This document shows positions 46,571 to 54,966 of a stretch of DNA of 54,966 nucleotides, piece after piece. The stretch covers positions 1 through 54,966 of the forward strand of contig JAGNDY010000005.1 in assembly GCA_018003655.1 (NCBI GenBank). Reading direction: 5' to 3'. Made by a program: the position numbers and the translations under genes. This DNA comes from Candidatus Nanopelagicales bacterium. Lineage in GTDB: Bacteria; Actinomycetota; Actinomycetes; S36-B12; UBA10799. Under the pieces are notes generated by a model. It did not search any database and was not told the DNA's origin. It saw nothing but the letters and a program-made list of their open reading frames with translations. Position 1 is the stretch's first letter. Each line of letters starts with the position of its first letter.

Positions 46571-48229
46571 ATGAGCGCCGCAACCGCCGAGGCTGGCTCG
46601 ACCTCCTCGGCGACCCCCACACCCAAACACAAGTGGTGGGCTCTCAGTGCGCTCTTGCTCGGCCTGTCCATGATCGTCATCGACAGCAGCGTCGTCAACG
46701 TTCTGATACCAGACATGGTCGACGACCTCGATCTGACTCAAACGGGCACGCAGTGGGTGAACTCGATCTACTCGTTGATCTTCGCCTCGCTACTGATCAC
46801 CGTCGGCTTGATGGCCGACAAGTACGGTCGCCGACTGCTGTTCGTGCTCGGCATCATCGTCTTCGTTGCCGGCAGTATGTTCAGCGGAACGGCCGGCGAT
46901 CCGAGCATCCTGATCCTGGCGCGTGCGGTGCAGGCAGTCGGTGCCTCAATGATGCTGCCATCGTCCATTGCGGTTATCAACGTCCTGTTCGTCGGCAAGG
47001 ACCGCGCGGTCGCCTTCGGGCTGTGGGGAGCGGTGTTCGGAGGCGCGGCCGCACTCGGACCGCTGCTGGGTGGCTGGCTCGCAGAGGAGTTCTCCTGGCG
47101 CTGGGCCTTCCTCATCAACATTCCCATTGGAATCATCGCTGGCATCGCTGTGCTGCTGACGATGCCGGAGAGCAAGGTCGCCAGCGTCCGCAAGGTCGAC
47201 ATCGTCGGGGTGCTGCTGTCCTCGTTCGGACTGGCCTTGCTGGTGTTCGGACTCATCGAGGGCCAGCAGTACGGCTGGGGGACGGCTATCTCCGGATTCA
47301 GTCTCGGACCGGTGAAGCTGGAAATCGGCGGAATCTCCGTCGTGCCGATCGCGTTTGTACTCAGCATCGTGTTGCTGGCGAGCCTGTTGAAATGGGAACG
47401 CTATCGAGCGAGAAGAGGATCCTCTGTCCTGATCAATCTGACGCTGTTCAGGATTCGGCGCTATGGCTTTGGAAACATCGTCGCCTTGGTGGTCAGTCTG
47501 GGCGAGTTCGGAATCCTTTTCGTGCTGCCTTTGTGGCTCCAAAGCGTTGCCGGGTTCGACCCCCTCACAACTGGCGCTTTGATCGCATTCCTAGCGGTCG
47601 GAACGCTGGCAGCTGGTGGCAGCGCGCGCCACATGTCGGCTCTGATGGGTCCGACGAAAGTGGTCCGACTGGGCATGATCTTGGAGATCATCGGCATCGT
47701 GGGAATTGGGCTGAGTCTGAACACCGTGACCTCACCGTGGTGGATGGCAATCCCGCTGGTGATCTACGGAGCGGGGGTTGGACTGGACTCGGCCCAGTTG
47801 ACCAACGTCGTGCTGGCCGACGTGCCGCCGGACTCATCGGGTCAAGCCTCGGCAATGACCTCCACCTTCCGCCAAGTCGGCTCCGCCCTCGGCGCCACCG
47901 TCTTGGGCGCAGTGCTCTTCAGCGGACTCGGCGACGAGCTGAACGATCAACTCGACAACATCCCCGGTATCAGCGAGGCCCAACGGACACAGGTGGTCGA
48001 CTCGGTGCGGGGAACGGCCGGACAGTCCATCGTTGCGATGGACAAGAATCCGATCCTCGCGCCGATAGTTGCCGACGCCAAGGCCAGCTATACCGACTCG
48101 GCCCGCTGGACGGCATGGACCGCGGCGATCTTTGTGTTCTGCGGCCTGTTGGTCTCCTTCGGCCTTCCCAAGGACAGCAAGCAGGAAGAGGAGCTTGAGG
48201 CCGCAGTCGCTGAACCCGAGCTAACCTGA
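46571..48229 (+). CDS. MFS transporter, DHA2 (14-TMS drug:H+ antiporter) family
   Basis: Start ATG 46571. Motif A-like GLMADKYGRRLLF, with about 14 hydrophobic segments. Confidence 0.9.
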   Translation: MSAATAEAGSTSSATPTPKHKWWALSALLLGLSMIVIDSSVVNVLIPDMVDDLDLTQTGTQWVNSIYSLIFASLLITVGLMADKYGRRLLFVLGIIVFVAGSMFSGTAGDPSILILARAVQAVGASMMLPSSIAVINVLFVGKDRAVAFGLWGAVFGGAAALGPLLGGWLAEEFSWRWAFLINIPIGIIAGIAVLLTMPESKVASVRKVDIVGVLLSSFGLALLVFGLIEGQQYGWGTAISGFSLGPVKLEIGGISVVPIAFVLSIVLLASLLKWERYRARRGSSVLINLTLFRIRRYGFGNIVALVVSLGEFGILFVLPLWLQSVAGFDPLTTGALIAFLAVGTLAAGGSARHMSALMGPTKVVRLGMILEIIGIVGIGLSLNTVTSPWWMAIPLVIYGAGVGLDSAQLTNVVLADVPPDSSGQASAMTSTFRQVGSALGATVLGAVLFSGLGDELNDQLDNIPGISEAQRTQVVDSVRGTAGQSIVAMDKNPILAPIVADAKASYTDSARWTAWTAAIFVFCGLLVSFGLPKDSKQEEELEAAVAEPELT

Positions 48230-48235
48230 GGCGCC

Positions 48236-48637
48236 ATGGAAACCACTCTGCTTTCGCTGCAAACCAACGAACGGCTTGTCACTGATCTGACCAACGAGTT
48301 GAGTGAATTCTGCCGTGGTCGCGGCGATGGACTTGCCCACGTCTTCGTCCCGCACGCCACCGCTGGCGTTGCCATCATGGAGACCGGCGCTGGCAGCGAA
48401 CCGGACTTGGACGCCACCCTCGAACGACTGCTTCCGCTTGCCGACATCTACCAACATCGACATGGCAGTCGTGGTCACGGGCGCGACCACGTGGTCCCAG
48501 CGTTCATCAGCCCATCGATCACGATCCCGGTGATCGACAGCCGACTTGCGCTGGGCACCTGGCAGTCCGTGGTGCTCGTTGACAGCAACGGCGATAACCC
48601 GCAGCGATCGGTCCGGTTCAGCTTCCTGCCTAGCTAG
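48236..48637 (+). CDS. yjbQ: YjbQ/UPF0047 family protein (secondary thiamine-phosphate synthase-like)
   Basis: 133 aa with GLAHVFVPHATAGVAIME...HGRDHV...LGTWQSVVLVD. Confidence 0.85.
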   Translation: METTLLSLQTNERLVTDLTNELSEFCRGRGDGLAHVFVPHATAGVAIMETGAGSEPDLDATLERLLPLADIYQHRHGSRGHGRDHVVPAFISPSITIPVIDSRLALGTWQSVVLVDSNGDNPQRSVRFSFLPS

Positions 48638-49580
48638 CGCTAGCGCTCACGTCGAAGGGAACCTCTACGACCTGTTCGCTGAGTTCCCACAACTTCTTAG
48701 CGGTTGCCTCGTCACGTCCCTGGCTATAGAGCGTCAGGACTTTCGGAGTCCCGCGAATCTGGCCCAACTGGCTTGGTCCGACGAAGTCGCCACTGCCAAC
48801 ACCAGAATCGGTCGCCGCCATCACTGTCGGGCGAGCACCTCCCTTGGCCGACTGGAACAGGACCTTGCCGAACCCAGTGGCGACCGGCGCCAGCACACCT
48901 AGGCCGCGACCCTTCAGTTGTCGACTGAGCAGATTGGTGGAGCTGACCCCCGGGTGGACTCCGATGCTGGAGACATTGAGTCCGGCGGCCTGAGCACGAC
49001 GACTGAGTTCCTGGGAGAACAACAGTGTTGCCTGTTTGGTGTTCGAGTACACGGCCATTTCCTTGTATGGATTCGGAGCGACCAGGGTGTCGCGAGTCAT
49101 CGCCGCAGTGAGCGATCCATTGCGACTAGCGATACTCGACAAGGACAGCACCCGCGGGTTCTCGGCTGCGACGATCAGTGGCCACAGCCGAGCGGTCAGT
49201 GCGAAATGGCCGAGGTGGTTGGTACCCATCTGCATTTCGAAGCCCTGCGCGGTGAAGGTTTCGGGCCCACCCATCACGCCAGCGTTGTTGACCAAGGTGT
49301 CGATCGACCTGCCGTCCTTCAGCAGGCCCGCTGCGCACCGCGCGACCGAGTCCAAGTCGGAAAGGTCGAGTTCAACAATCTCGGTTGTGCCGGAACTGTC
49401 ATCACCAGCGATCGTGGACTGAGCCCGCTCGGCAGCCGTCATGTTGCGGCAAGCCATCACCACGTGCGCGCCGTGGCGAACCAGTTCCCGGGCAGCCTCA
49501 AACCCCACGCCCGAGTTCGCCCCAGTGATAACCACATTGCGGCCGGACAGGTCACCAATCATGGATTCGTTCCAGCTCAC
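48630..49580 (-). CDS. SDR-family NAD(P)-dependent oxidoreductase
   Basis: TGANSGVG (TGxxxGxG), NNAG, and catalytic YSNTK (YxxxK). Confidence 0.9.
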   Translation of the reverse strand: MSWNESMIGDLSGRNVVITGANSGVGFEAARELVRHGAHVVMACRNMTAAERAQSTIAGDDSSGTTEIVELDLSDLDSVARCAAGLLKDGRSIDTLVNNAGVMGGPETFTAQGFEMQMGTNHLGHFALTARLWPLIVAAENPRVLSLSSIASRNGSLTAAMTRDTLVAPNPYKEMAVYSNTKQATLLFSQELSRRAQAAGLNVSSIGVHPGVSSTNLLSRQLKGRGLGVLAPVATGFGKVLFQSAKGGARPTVMAATDSGVGSGDFVGPSQLGQIRGTPKVLTLYSQGRDEATAKKLWELSEQVVEVPFDVSASAS

Positions 49581-49676
49581 GTCTGCTCCCAGGTTGACGG
49601 GTTCGACGCCGCACCTGCGCGAACGTCGTAGTCCTGTGATACTCGACCATCGGAACTAACGCGAGGAGGCCGGGGC

Positions 49677-50633
49677 GTGCGAGCGATCCAAATCACCGAG
49701 TTCGGTGGACCTGAGGTTCTGCAGGTAGCAGATGTCTACGACCCGACGGTCGGTGCGAACGAATTCCTACTCGATGTCAGCCATGCTGGCGTCAACTACG
49801 CCGACACCCACCAGGCAGAGAACAGTTACCTCTCCGCCGCGTCGCTGCCGCTGATCCCCGGCGGCGAGGTCGTGGGTACCGACCCCGAGGGCCGCCGGTT
49901 CGTGTCCCTGATCGACGGTGGCGGGTACGCCGAGCGAGCAGTCGTCTCCCGCTTCACCTCGTACGAGGTCCCCGACGACATCGATGACCTGACCGCACTC
50001 GCGATGATCGTGCAAGGCACCACCGCCTGGTTGTTGCTGCGTAAGAGCACCCACATGGCCTACAACGAGTCCGTGGTCGTGCATGCTGCCGCAGGTGGAG
50101 TCGGATCGATCGCCGTGCAGTTGGCGAAAGCCTGGGGAGCGGGTCGCGTCATCGCCACAGCCAGCAGCGAAAGCAAGCGCGAGCTGGCGCTGGAGCTCGG
50201 CGCAGATGTGGCCATCGACTCAAACTCCGACAACATGACAATGGCGATCAGAGATGCCAACGACGGTCGAGCCGTTGACGTCATTCTGGACATGACCGGT
50301 GGTCGGATCACCGACGAGAGCGTCCGAGCACTGGCACCGTTCGGTCGGCTTGCGTTCTATGGTCAGGCCAGCCGGCAAGCTCCCCAGCCGATTGCACCGA
50401 CGAGCCTGCTGCAGCACTCCACCACCATTGCCGGGATGTGGCTACCGCACGCGTTCCGACTACCCGGGGACATCGTCGGGCTGGCAATGACTGAACTGTT
50501 CGAACTCGCTGAGCAGGGTCGGGTGAGGGCTGTCGCGGGCGGGGAGTACCCGCTGGAGGACGCCCGCGCCGCGCACGAAGCTTTGCGCTCGCGCAAGACG
50601 GTCGGGAAGTTGCTGCTCAACCCGAGTCTCTGA
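49677..50633 (+). CDS. Quinone oxidoreductase / zinc-independent MDR-family NADPH-dependent reductase
   Basis: GTG start. GroES-like N-domain and a Rossmann domain with VHAAAGGVGSIAVQLAK. Confidence 0.85.
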   Translation: MRAIQITEFGGPEVLQVADVYDPTVGANEFLLDVSHAGVNYADTHQAENSYLSAASLPLIPGGEVVGTDPEGRRFVSLIDGGGYAERAVVSRFTSYEVPDDIDDLTALAMIVQGTTAWLLLRKSTHMAYNESVVVHAAAGGVGSIAVQLAKAWGAGRVIATASSESKRELALELGADVAIDSNSDNMTMAIRDANDGRAVDVILDMTGGRITDESVRALAPFGRLAFYGQASRQAPQPIAPTSLLQHSTTIAGMWLPHAFRLPGDIVGLAMTELFELAEQGRVRAVAGGEYPLEDARAAHEALRSRKTVGKLLLNPSL

Positions 50634-50718
50634 CATCCATCGTTTCTCTGACGGACATCGGGCGCCAGGGTGGTGGAATCTCGACGCTCCGCAGCGACTA
50701 TTCACCGACCTGATGAGG

Positions 50719-51123
50719 TCAGCCGGCCTGTGCGTAAGAACTCTTGATGATTTCGGCCAGAACATCGGTGTCAACGTCGGCGAGCCGCTTGAGGTAGAGG
50801 CAACCCTTCCCGAGTTTGTGCGGGCCGAGGCGAGCGAGCGCCTCGTCGAGCGCCTCGAAACCCTGAGTCAGGTAGATGGTCACGTTCTGCTTGCGTGGGG
50901 AGAAGCCGATCTTCATCCAGTCGAGTTCTCGGCCGCTGGCGTAGCGAAGACGCTGGGAACCAAATCCAACGATCGCCGGGCCCCACATGACCGGGTCGTC
51001 GCCGGTGACCTCAGACATCAGGTCGCACACTGCCAATGCATCACCACGACGCGTGGCGTCCTCGATCGACTCGAGGAACGCCTTGACGTCCCCGTCATTC
51101 GCCTTTGTCTTCAGTTCGGCCAT
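50719..51123 (-). CDS. DUF1801 (YdhG-like) domain protein
   Basis: Start ATG 51123. Contains DVKAFLESIED...DPVMWGPAIVGFG... Confidence 0.75.
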   Translation of the reverse strand: MAELKTKANDGDVKAFLESIEDATRRGDALAVCDLMSEVTGDDPVMWGPAIVGFGSQRLRYASGRELDWMKIGFSPRKQNVTIYLTQGFEALDEALARLGPHKLGKGCLYLKRLADVDTDVLAEIIKSSYAQAG

Positions 51124-51207
51124 GCCACCGCACCCTAGGGACCCGACGGGGATCTGGCCAATGCTGCCCGGTCGACACACCGAGACATGGCCCTGCCGAA
51201 CGTTCGG

Positions 51208-52419
51208 TTACGCCTTCGGGTAGGTGGTGACGAGCACACCGAGGCACATTTCGTCGGTCGTTCCCTCACCCCACACGACGTACCTGGCAGGAGTGTTCTT
51301 TAGCGACGGCAGTTGGCTGCGCAGTTTGGCGTCGTGGGTGCAACGAACTCGCACGGTGTCACCGCGCTTGAGCGTGACCGGCTTGGCCAGTGGCTTGGCG
51401 CCCTGGTTGTCGAAGTCCCACACCGGAATGTCCAGCACGGTCTTGGCCCTCGGGGTACCCGGATTGACGTCGATCTCGATCGATTTGCCCAGCAAGTGCA
51501 TATGCCCGGCAGCGGCCCAGATGGTGGTGTCTCGGTTGACCGGTCGCGTGCACTGCTGCGTGGAGCCAGCAACAGGATTCAACGGATCGCCTCCGCAGAG
51601 CAGTTGCAGCCCCGCGATCGTGCCACCGCTTTGCGGACCGAAGCGTTGGCTCACGTCGGCCACGGCATTGCTGCGCTCGCACAGCAGGCCTGTCTCGCCC
51701 GGCGCGCAGGGAAGCTCAACCGGGCCGGGGAGCAGCATGGTGTGGATGGGTGTCACGCCGGCGGTCTTGTCCGACAGTCGCAATTGAACCTTCGAGGCAT
51801 CTGTGCCAGTGCCCGCCCGCAGGTTGTAGTGCATTTGCAGCACGATCTGACTGCCCGCTGGCAGGACCGTTCCCGTCCCCGTGCGGCTGACGCTCTCCTT
51901 GCCCCCCGGCGCCCAAGCCGCCAGCCATGGCGCGTCATCGAGTTCACCAATCGCTCCGGTGCCCTTCGGTGCCGGAATCAGGGTGCCGCCAAAGCAGGTC
52001 CATCCCTGACCTGGCGACTGCGCATCCAGCTTCTTCGCATCGGCCACCTGCTCCGGCGTGACCTTGTAGAGGATCGCGTGGTGCACCATCGCCTTGTTGT
52101 CGGGCAACACCTGCACGCCCGACAACGTGGTCTTCTTGGTTAGGCCGGGATCGACCAGGAAGCACCGATAGTCGTCAGTGCCGCCGTTCTGGGCCGTTGG
52201 TTCATAGGCGCCCTCCGGCAGCCCCAAAGTCTCGAATCGCTCGCCGGCTCGCAGTGGGGAGGACACCGGCACCGGTATAGCAACCCCGGCTGAGTGGCCG
52301 TGACTATCTGCCGCAGCGTCGGAGGAACCGCCACCGTTACCAACGACCGCGAAGACCACCACGAGCGCAACCAGCGCGGCGATTCCACCGAATACCCACG
52401 GCCTTGCCCGAGACGTCAC
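51208..52419 (-). CDS. Membrane-anchored/secreted type-II copper monooxygenase (PHM/DBH-like)
   Basis: N-terminal TM helix. The ligand set is in canonical order: MVHHAILY (HH), IVLQMHYN (H), GHMHLLGK (HxH), TTDEMCLG (M). Several paired Cys. Confidence 0.8.
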   Translation of the reverse strand: MTSRARPWVFGGIAALVALVVVFAVVGNGGGSSDAAADSHGHSAGVAIPVPVSSPLRAGERFETLGLPEGAYEPTAQNGGTDDYRCFLVDPGLTKKTTLSGVQVLPDNKAMVHHAILYKVTPEQVADAKKLDAQSPGQGWTCFGGTLIPAPKGTGAIGELDDAPWLAAWAPGGKESVSRTGTGTVLPAGSQIVLQMHYNLRAGTGTDASKVQLRLSDKTAGVTPIHTMLLPGPVELPCAPGETGLLCERSNAVADVSQRFGPQSGGTIAGLQLLCGGDPLNPVAGSTQQCTRPVNRDTTIWAAAGHMHLLGKSIEIDVNPGTPRAKTVLDIPVWDFDNQGAKPLAKPVTLKRGDTVRVRCTHDAKLRSQLPSLKNTPARYVVWGEGTTDEMCLGVLVTTYPKA

Positions 52420-52442
52420 CCTCGATTGTCACCTGAGAACGC

Positions 52443-53852
52443 TCAAACGCCAAGTTGGGCCTTCACCCTGCCCGCCTTGATGGCCTTCAGTAGCTCCGCG
52501 TGATCCAACTCGTTCTGGTCCGCGTAGTCCTCGGCGAAACTGGCTATTGCCTTTGCGAAGACCGCTCCGGTTCCGACGTAGGAGGAGATAGCGATGCGAT
52601 CACCGGAGCGGGCATGCGCACGCGCCAACGTCCAACCGCACATCTTTGCGTAGATCGACATGGCGACTGGATTCATGACGTCGATATCAGCTGAGCCTTT
52701 GCCATCACGCAACTGGCGAACGTAGAACTCACGGTCGATGCCGTCTGGGCCTTTGACCCGCGTCCAGCCGAGGAAGATGTCACTGGCCGCCTGCATCAGG
52801 CGTTGGCCGGCCACCACTCGTTGACCGGCATTCCTGAACGCGCTTCTGCCCGTGTGGGGCTCAAGCACGGACTCCTGCGCTTGTTTGATCTGCAGAATCA
52901 GCGGATCGTTTTCGTCACGTCCAAACATCAGGGCTATCCATGCGCGGGTCCCAACACTTCCGACGCCAACGACTTTGTGGGCTATGTCGGCAAGTTCGTG
53001 AGCGTCAAAGAGGTGGCGACAGTCATCGGACAGCGTGCGCCGGTAGGTGCTGAACGCCTGCGTGATAGCGCTGGTGACAGCGTCGGCCTGGTCTGAGGAA
53101 AAGAGCTCATTGATCGGCACGATCAGGGGTGGTTGGGAAATGAAGCGTGGCTTGCCATCAACTACCTCGGTCAGCTTTTCGAGTGCCTGCAGGTTGTCGC
53201 GGGCGACGGCCTTGTCCCGGGCCTTGCGCACTCTGTTGATTTGCTTCTTGCTCACCTCGGAGGCGAAGCGCCGCATATACGCCTCGATCTCCATCCGTGC
53301 GTACCAGACCTCAAGGTCACCCAGGCCGGCAAACTCGACCATCGCCTCCTGGTAACTGCTGACCAGCGCTGACAACACACTCGCCCGTTGTGAGACCGTG
53401 AAAGCGTTGCTGCGCCCGGCGACCGCCATGCTCGCTGCCAAGCGTTTGAGGTCCCACTCCCACGGCCCGGGGTTGGTCTCATCGAAGTCGTTGACGTCGA
53501 ATACCAGCCTCCGGTCGGGGGCCGCGTACACACCGAAGTTGACAAGGTGCGCATCTCCGCAGGCCTGCACGGGCAGTCCGCTGTCGGGGGTGGAGGCCAA
53601 GTCCGCGGCCATCACTGCTGCCGCACCTCGGTAGAAGGCAAAAGGAGAGGCGGCCATCCTGCCGTACCGGATCGGAACGAGATCCGGCACGCGGGTGGCC
53701 GCCTGCTCCTGCAGAATGTCGATCGGATCGCGGCGATCCGCGAGCGCCTTAAACCCTGCCTGACTTGACCGGGGAACTTCGGCCCTGGCCGCCTTACCCC
53801 TTGCTACTCGCTCAGGGACGCTCAGATGGGTATGTGCTCGTGAACCTGCCAC
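52443..53852 (-). CDS. DUF2252 domain protein
   Basis: 469 aa. The N-terminal third, LVPIRYGRMAASPFAFYRGAAAVMAADL...CGDAHLVNFG, is the family hallmark as I recall it. Confidence 0.78.
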   Translation of the reverse strand: MAGSRAHTHLSVPERVARGKAARAEVPRSSQAGFKALADRRDPIDILQEQAATRVPDLVPIRYGRMAASPFAFYRGAAAVMAADLASTPDSGLPVQACGDAHLVNFGVYAAPDRRLVFDVNDFDETNPGPWEWDLKRLAASMAVAGRSNAFTVSQRASVLSALVSSYQEAMVEFAGLGDLEVWYARMEIEAYMRRFASEVSKKQINRVRKARDKAVARDNLQALEKLTEVVDGKPRFISQPPLIVPINELFSSDQADAVTSAITQAFSTYRRTLSDDCRHLFDAHELADIAHKVVGVGSVGTRAWIALMFGRDENDPLILQIKQAQESVLEPHTGRSAFRNAGQRVVAGQRLMQAASDIFLGWTRVKGPDGIDREFYVRQLRDGKGSADIDVMNPVAMSIYAKMCGWTLARAHARSGDRIAISSYVGTGAVFAKAIASFAEDYADQNELDHAELLKAIKAGRVKAQLGV

Positions 53853-53889
53853 GCTGCCTCCTGGTTTCGAGTCCAGGGGGCTAGAGCTC

Positions 53890-54261
53890 CTAGGACAGCG
53901 CCTTCTGCTTCAGCGCATTGAACTCATCTTGGGTGATCGCGCCCGCGTTGAGCAATTCCTGCGCCTTGGAGATCTGATCGGTTGCGCTGCCGGTATCAGC
54001 AACGCTGCGGATGTAGTCGGCTTGCTGCTTCTGCGCCGCGATGGCCATCTCCTGATTGCGGGTAGCCATTCCCCGACCGTAGGCGATCACGTAGACCAGC
54101 AGCGAGAAGAACGGGATCGCGAGCAGCAAGAGGAACCAAAGTGCCTTCCACCAACCGGACATATCCCGGCGGAAGAGGTCGAACACCACCGTGAAGAGGA
54201 GCATGAAGTAGATGATCATGAAGAAGATCGTGATGATCGAATAGAAAACGTTGTCGCTCAT
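53890..54261 (-). CDS. PLDc_N-type membrane domain fused to SHOCT
   Basis: Two TM helices with WWKALWFLLLLAIPFFSLLVYVI (PLD-nuclease N-terminal-like). C-terminal LLNAGAITQDEFNALKQKAL is a SHOCT motif. Confidence 0.8.
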   Translation of the reverse strand: MSDNVFYSIITIFFMIIYFMLLFTVVFDLFRRDMSGWWKALWFLLLLAIPFFSLLVYVIAYGRGMATRNQEMAIAAQKQQADYIRSVADTGSATDQISKAQELLNAGAITQDEFNALKQKALS

Positions 54262-54515
54262 GTAGTAAGCCTCGCAGTTGGGTTTGGTCGGAAACTGAAT
54301 ACTTCCCCACGATCCTACGTGGGCAACCCCGCCGTACTCGGAGCCCGGACCCTGGTTTCCCAGCGTTCGAGGAAATAGCCTTGCCGTGGCAATCGGGTGA
54401 ATGACGTAACGGGGTGGACCGAGGCGGATGTTTACTGTTCAACGAATTTCTCCGACGGTTTGCGCAGTTTTTGTCCCCGGCAGCGGGGTTAGTGTGCGGT
54501 TGGGAGGCGTCGCCA

Positions 54516-54966
54516 ATGACCAATGATCGGTTGCCTGGCGAGCACGTCGCACCTGAACGCGCAGGCGCAGACCGCCAGCGGCCAGTAGATCTCGCCGTGC
54601 GATCCCGGTCATTCGGCGGCTGGGCGGGCGAATATGACCGCTACCGTCCGACCTACCCGGATGTCGCAGTTGAGCACGCCCTCGCGCAGGCGCTTCTACC
54701 GATCACTCACGTGGTGGATCTCGGTGCCGGCACGGGCCAGCTGTGCAAACGTCTGCGACACATCGATCCTAAGCTTGCAATCACAGCAGTCGAGCCCGAC
54801 GAACGCATGCGCCAGGTTCTCGCCGCCAACATCGGCCAAGAGCGTGTGGTTGCCGGATCGGCCGAGCAGATCCCCCTTCCCGACGCATCCGCCGAAGCGG
54901 CCCTGGCGGCACAAATGTGGCATTGGGTCGATCCCGTTCGCGCGTGCGACGAACTCGGTCGGGTGA
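54516..54966 (+). CDS. Class I SAM-dependent methyltransferase, 3' end beyond the window
   Basis: This ORF is not in the supplied track because it is open-ended. ATG 54516 lies 8 nt after GGGAGG. Translation gives ...YDRYRPTYP...VVDLGAGTGQL (motif I)...AVEPDERM... Confidence 0.75.
   Translation, partial: MTNDRLPGEHVAPERAGADRQRPVDLAVRSRSFGGWAGEYDRYRPTYPDVAVEHALAQALLPITHVVDLGAGTGQLCKRLRHIDPKLAITAVEPDERMRQVLAANIGQERVVAGSAEQIPLPDASAEAALAAQMWHWVDPVRACDELGRV

Noticed and set aside
46633-48198. 521-aa alternative-frame plus ORF within the MFS gene
   Set aside because: The translation is Arg-rich, whereas the 46571..48229 frame gives 14 clean TM helices.
54634-54966. Track ORF 54634..54966 (+)
   Set aside because: Wrong frame. 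The open-ended frame starting at ATG 54516 (with an SD) yields a SAM-methyltransferase motif I (VVDLGAGTGQL). The listed frame gives a Ser/Pro/Arg-rich sequence.
1-54966. Search for mobile elements, prophage, integrase/transposase genes, rRNA/tRNA and CRISPR
   Set aside because: No ORF shows DDE/tyrosine-recombinase-like motifs, there are no terminal inverted repeat pairs flanking a block, and there are no RNA gene signatures. The region reads as chromosomal core, with a mildly accessory right end.

Overview
High-GC actinobacterial chromosome segment from a mycothiol producer (mshA and mshD are both present). It is densely coding on both strands, with about 60 CDS. I recognised no rRNA, tRNA, CRISPR array, transposase or integrase. 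Much of the gene order matches what I recall of Mycobacterium tuberculosis core regions. The blocks are: carD-ispD-ispF-cysS-rlmB; senX3-regX3 / phoU / mshA / gpmA; XRE regulator / Lys-rich HbhA-position protein / DUF2516; glnR-thioredoxin-rhodanese-DUF1416 / mshD; ppk1-CYTH/CHAD-Nudix(MutT1-like); pstSCAB; and glgC/glgA. Many adjacent genes overlap by 1-4 nt, which suggests translational coupling. The right third (about 37-55 kb) is more accessory. It holds a DUF6325/SHOCT pair, an unassignable 517-aa Ala-rich protein, a GH63-like glucosidase, an L,D-transpeptidase, a membrane alpha/beta hydrolase, a DHA2 MFS pump, a eukaryote-type (PHM/DBH-like) copper monooxygenase, DUF2252 and a PLDc_N-SHOCT protein. 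Five items deserve a second look. (1) A 30-codon Cys-rich sORF plus a structured spacer lies upstream of the DUF4395-rhodanese-DUF1416 operon and may be a cysteine-sensing attenuator. (2) Three 19-nt tandem units abut the rhodanese RBS. (3) An RsiG-like protein carries two ExxxSxxRxxxHxxxD motifs exactly 100 residues apart. (4) The PHM-like monooxygenase retains all six copper ligands. (5) The orphan 517-aa protein. PHO-box-like 11-nt direct repeats precede pstS and lie in the senX3/phoU divergent region. All assignments come from reading motifs and synteny by eye. No database search was run, and start codons are the least certain part of the calls.
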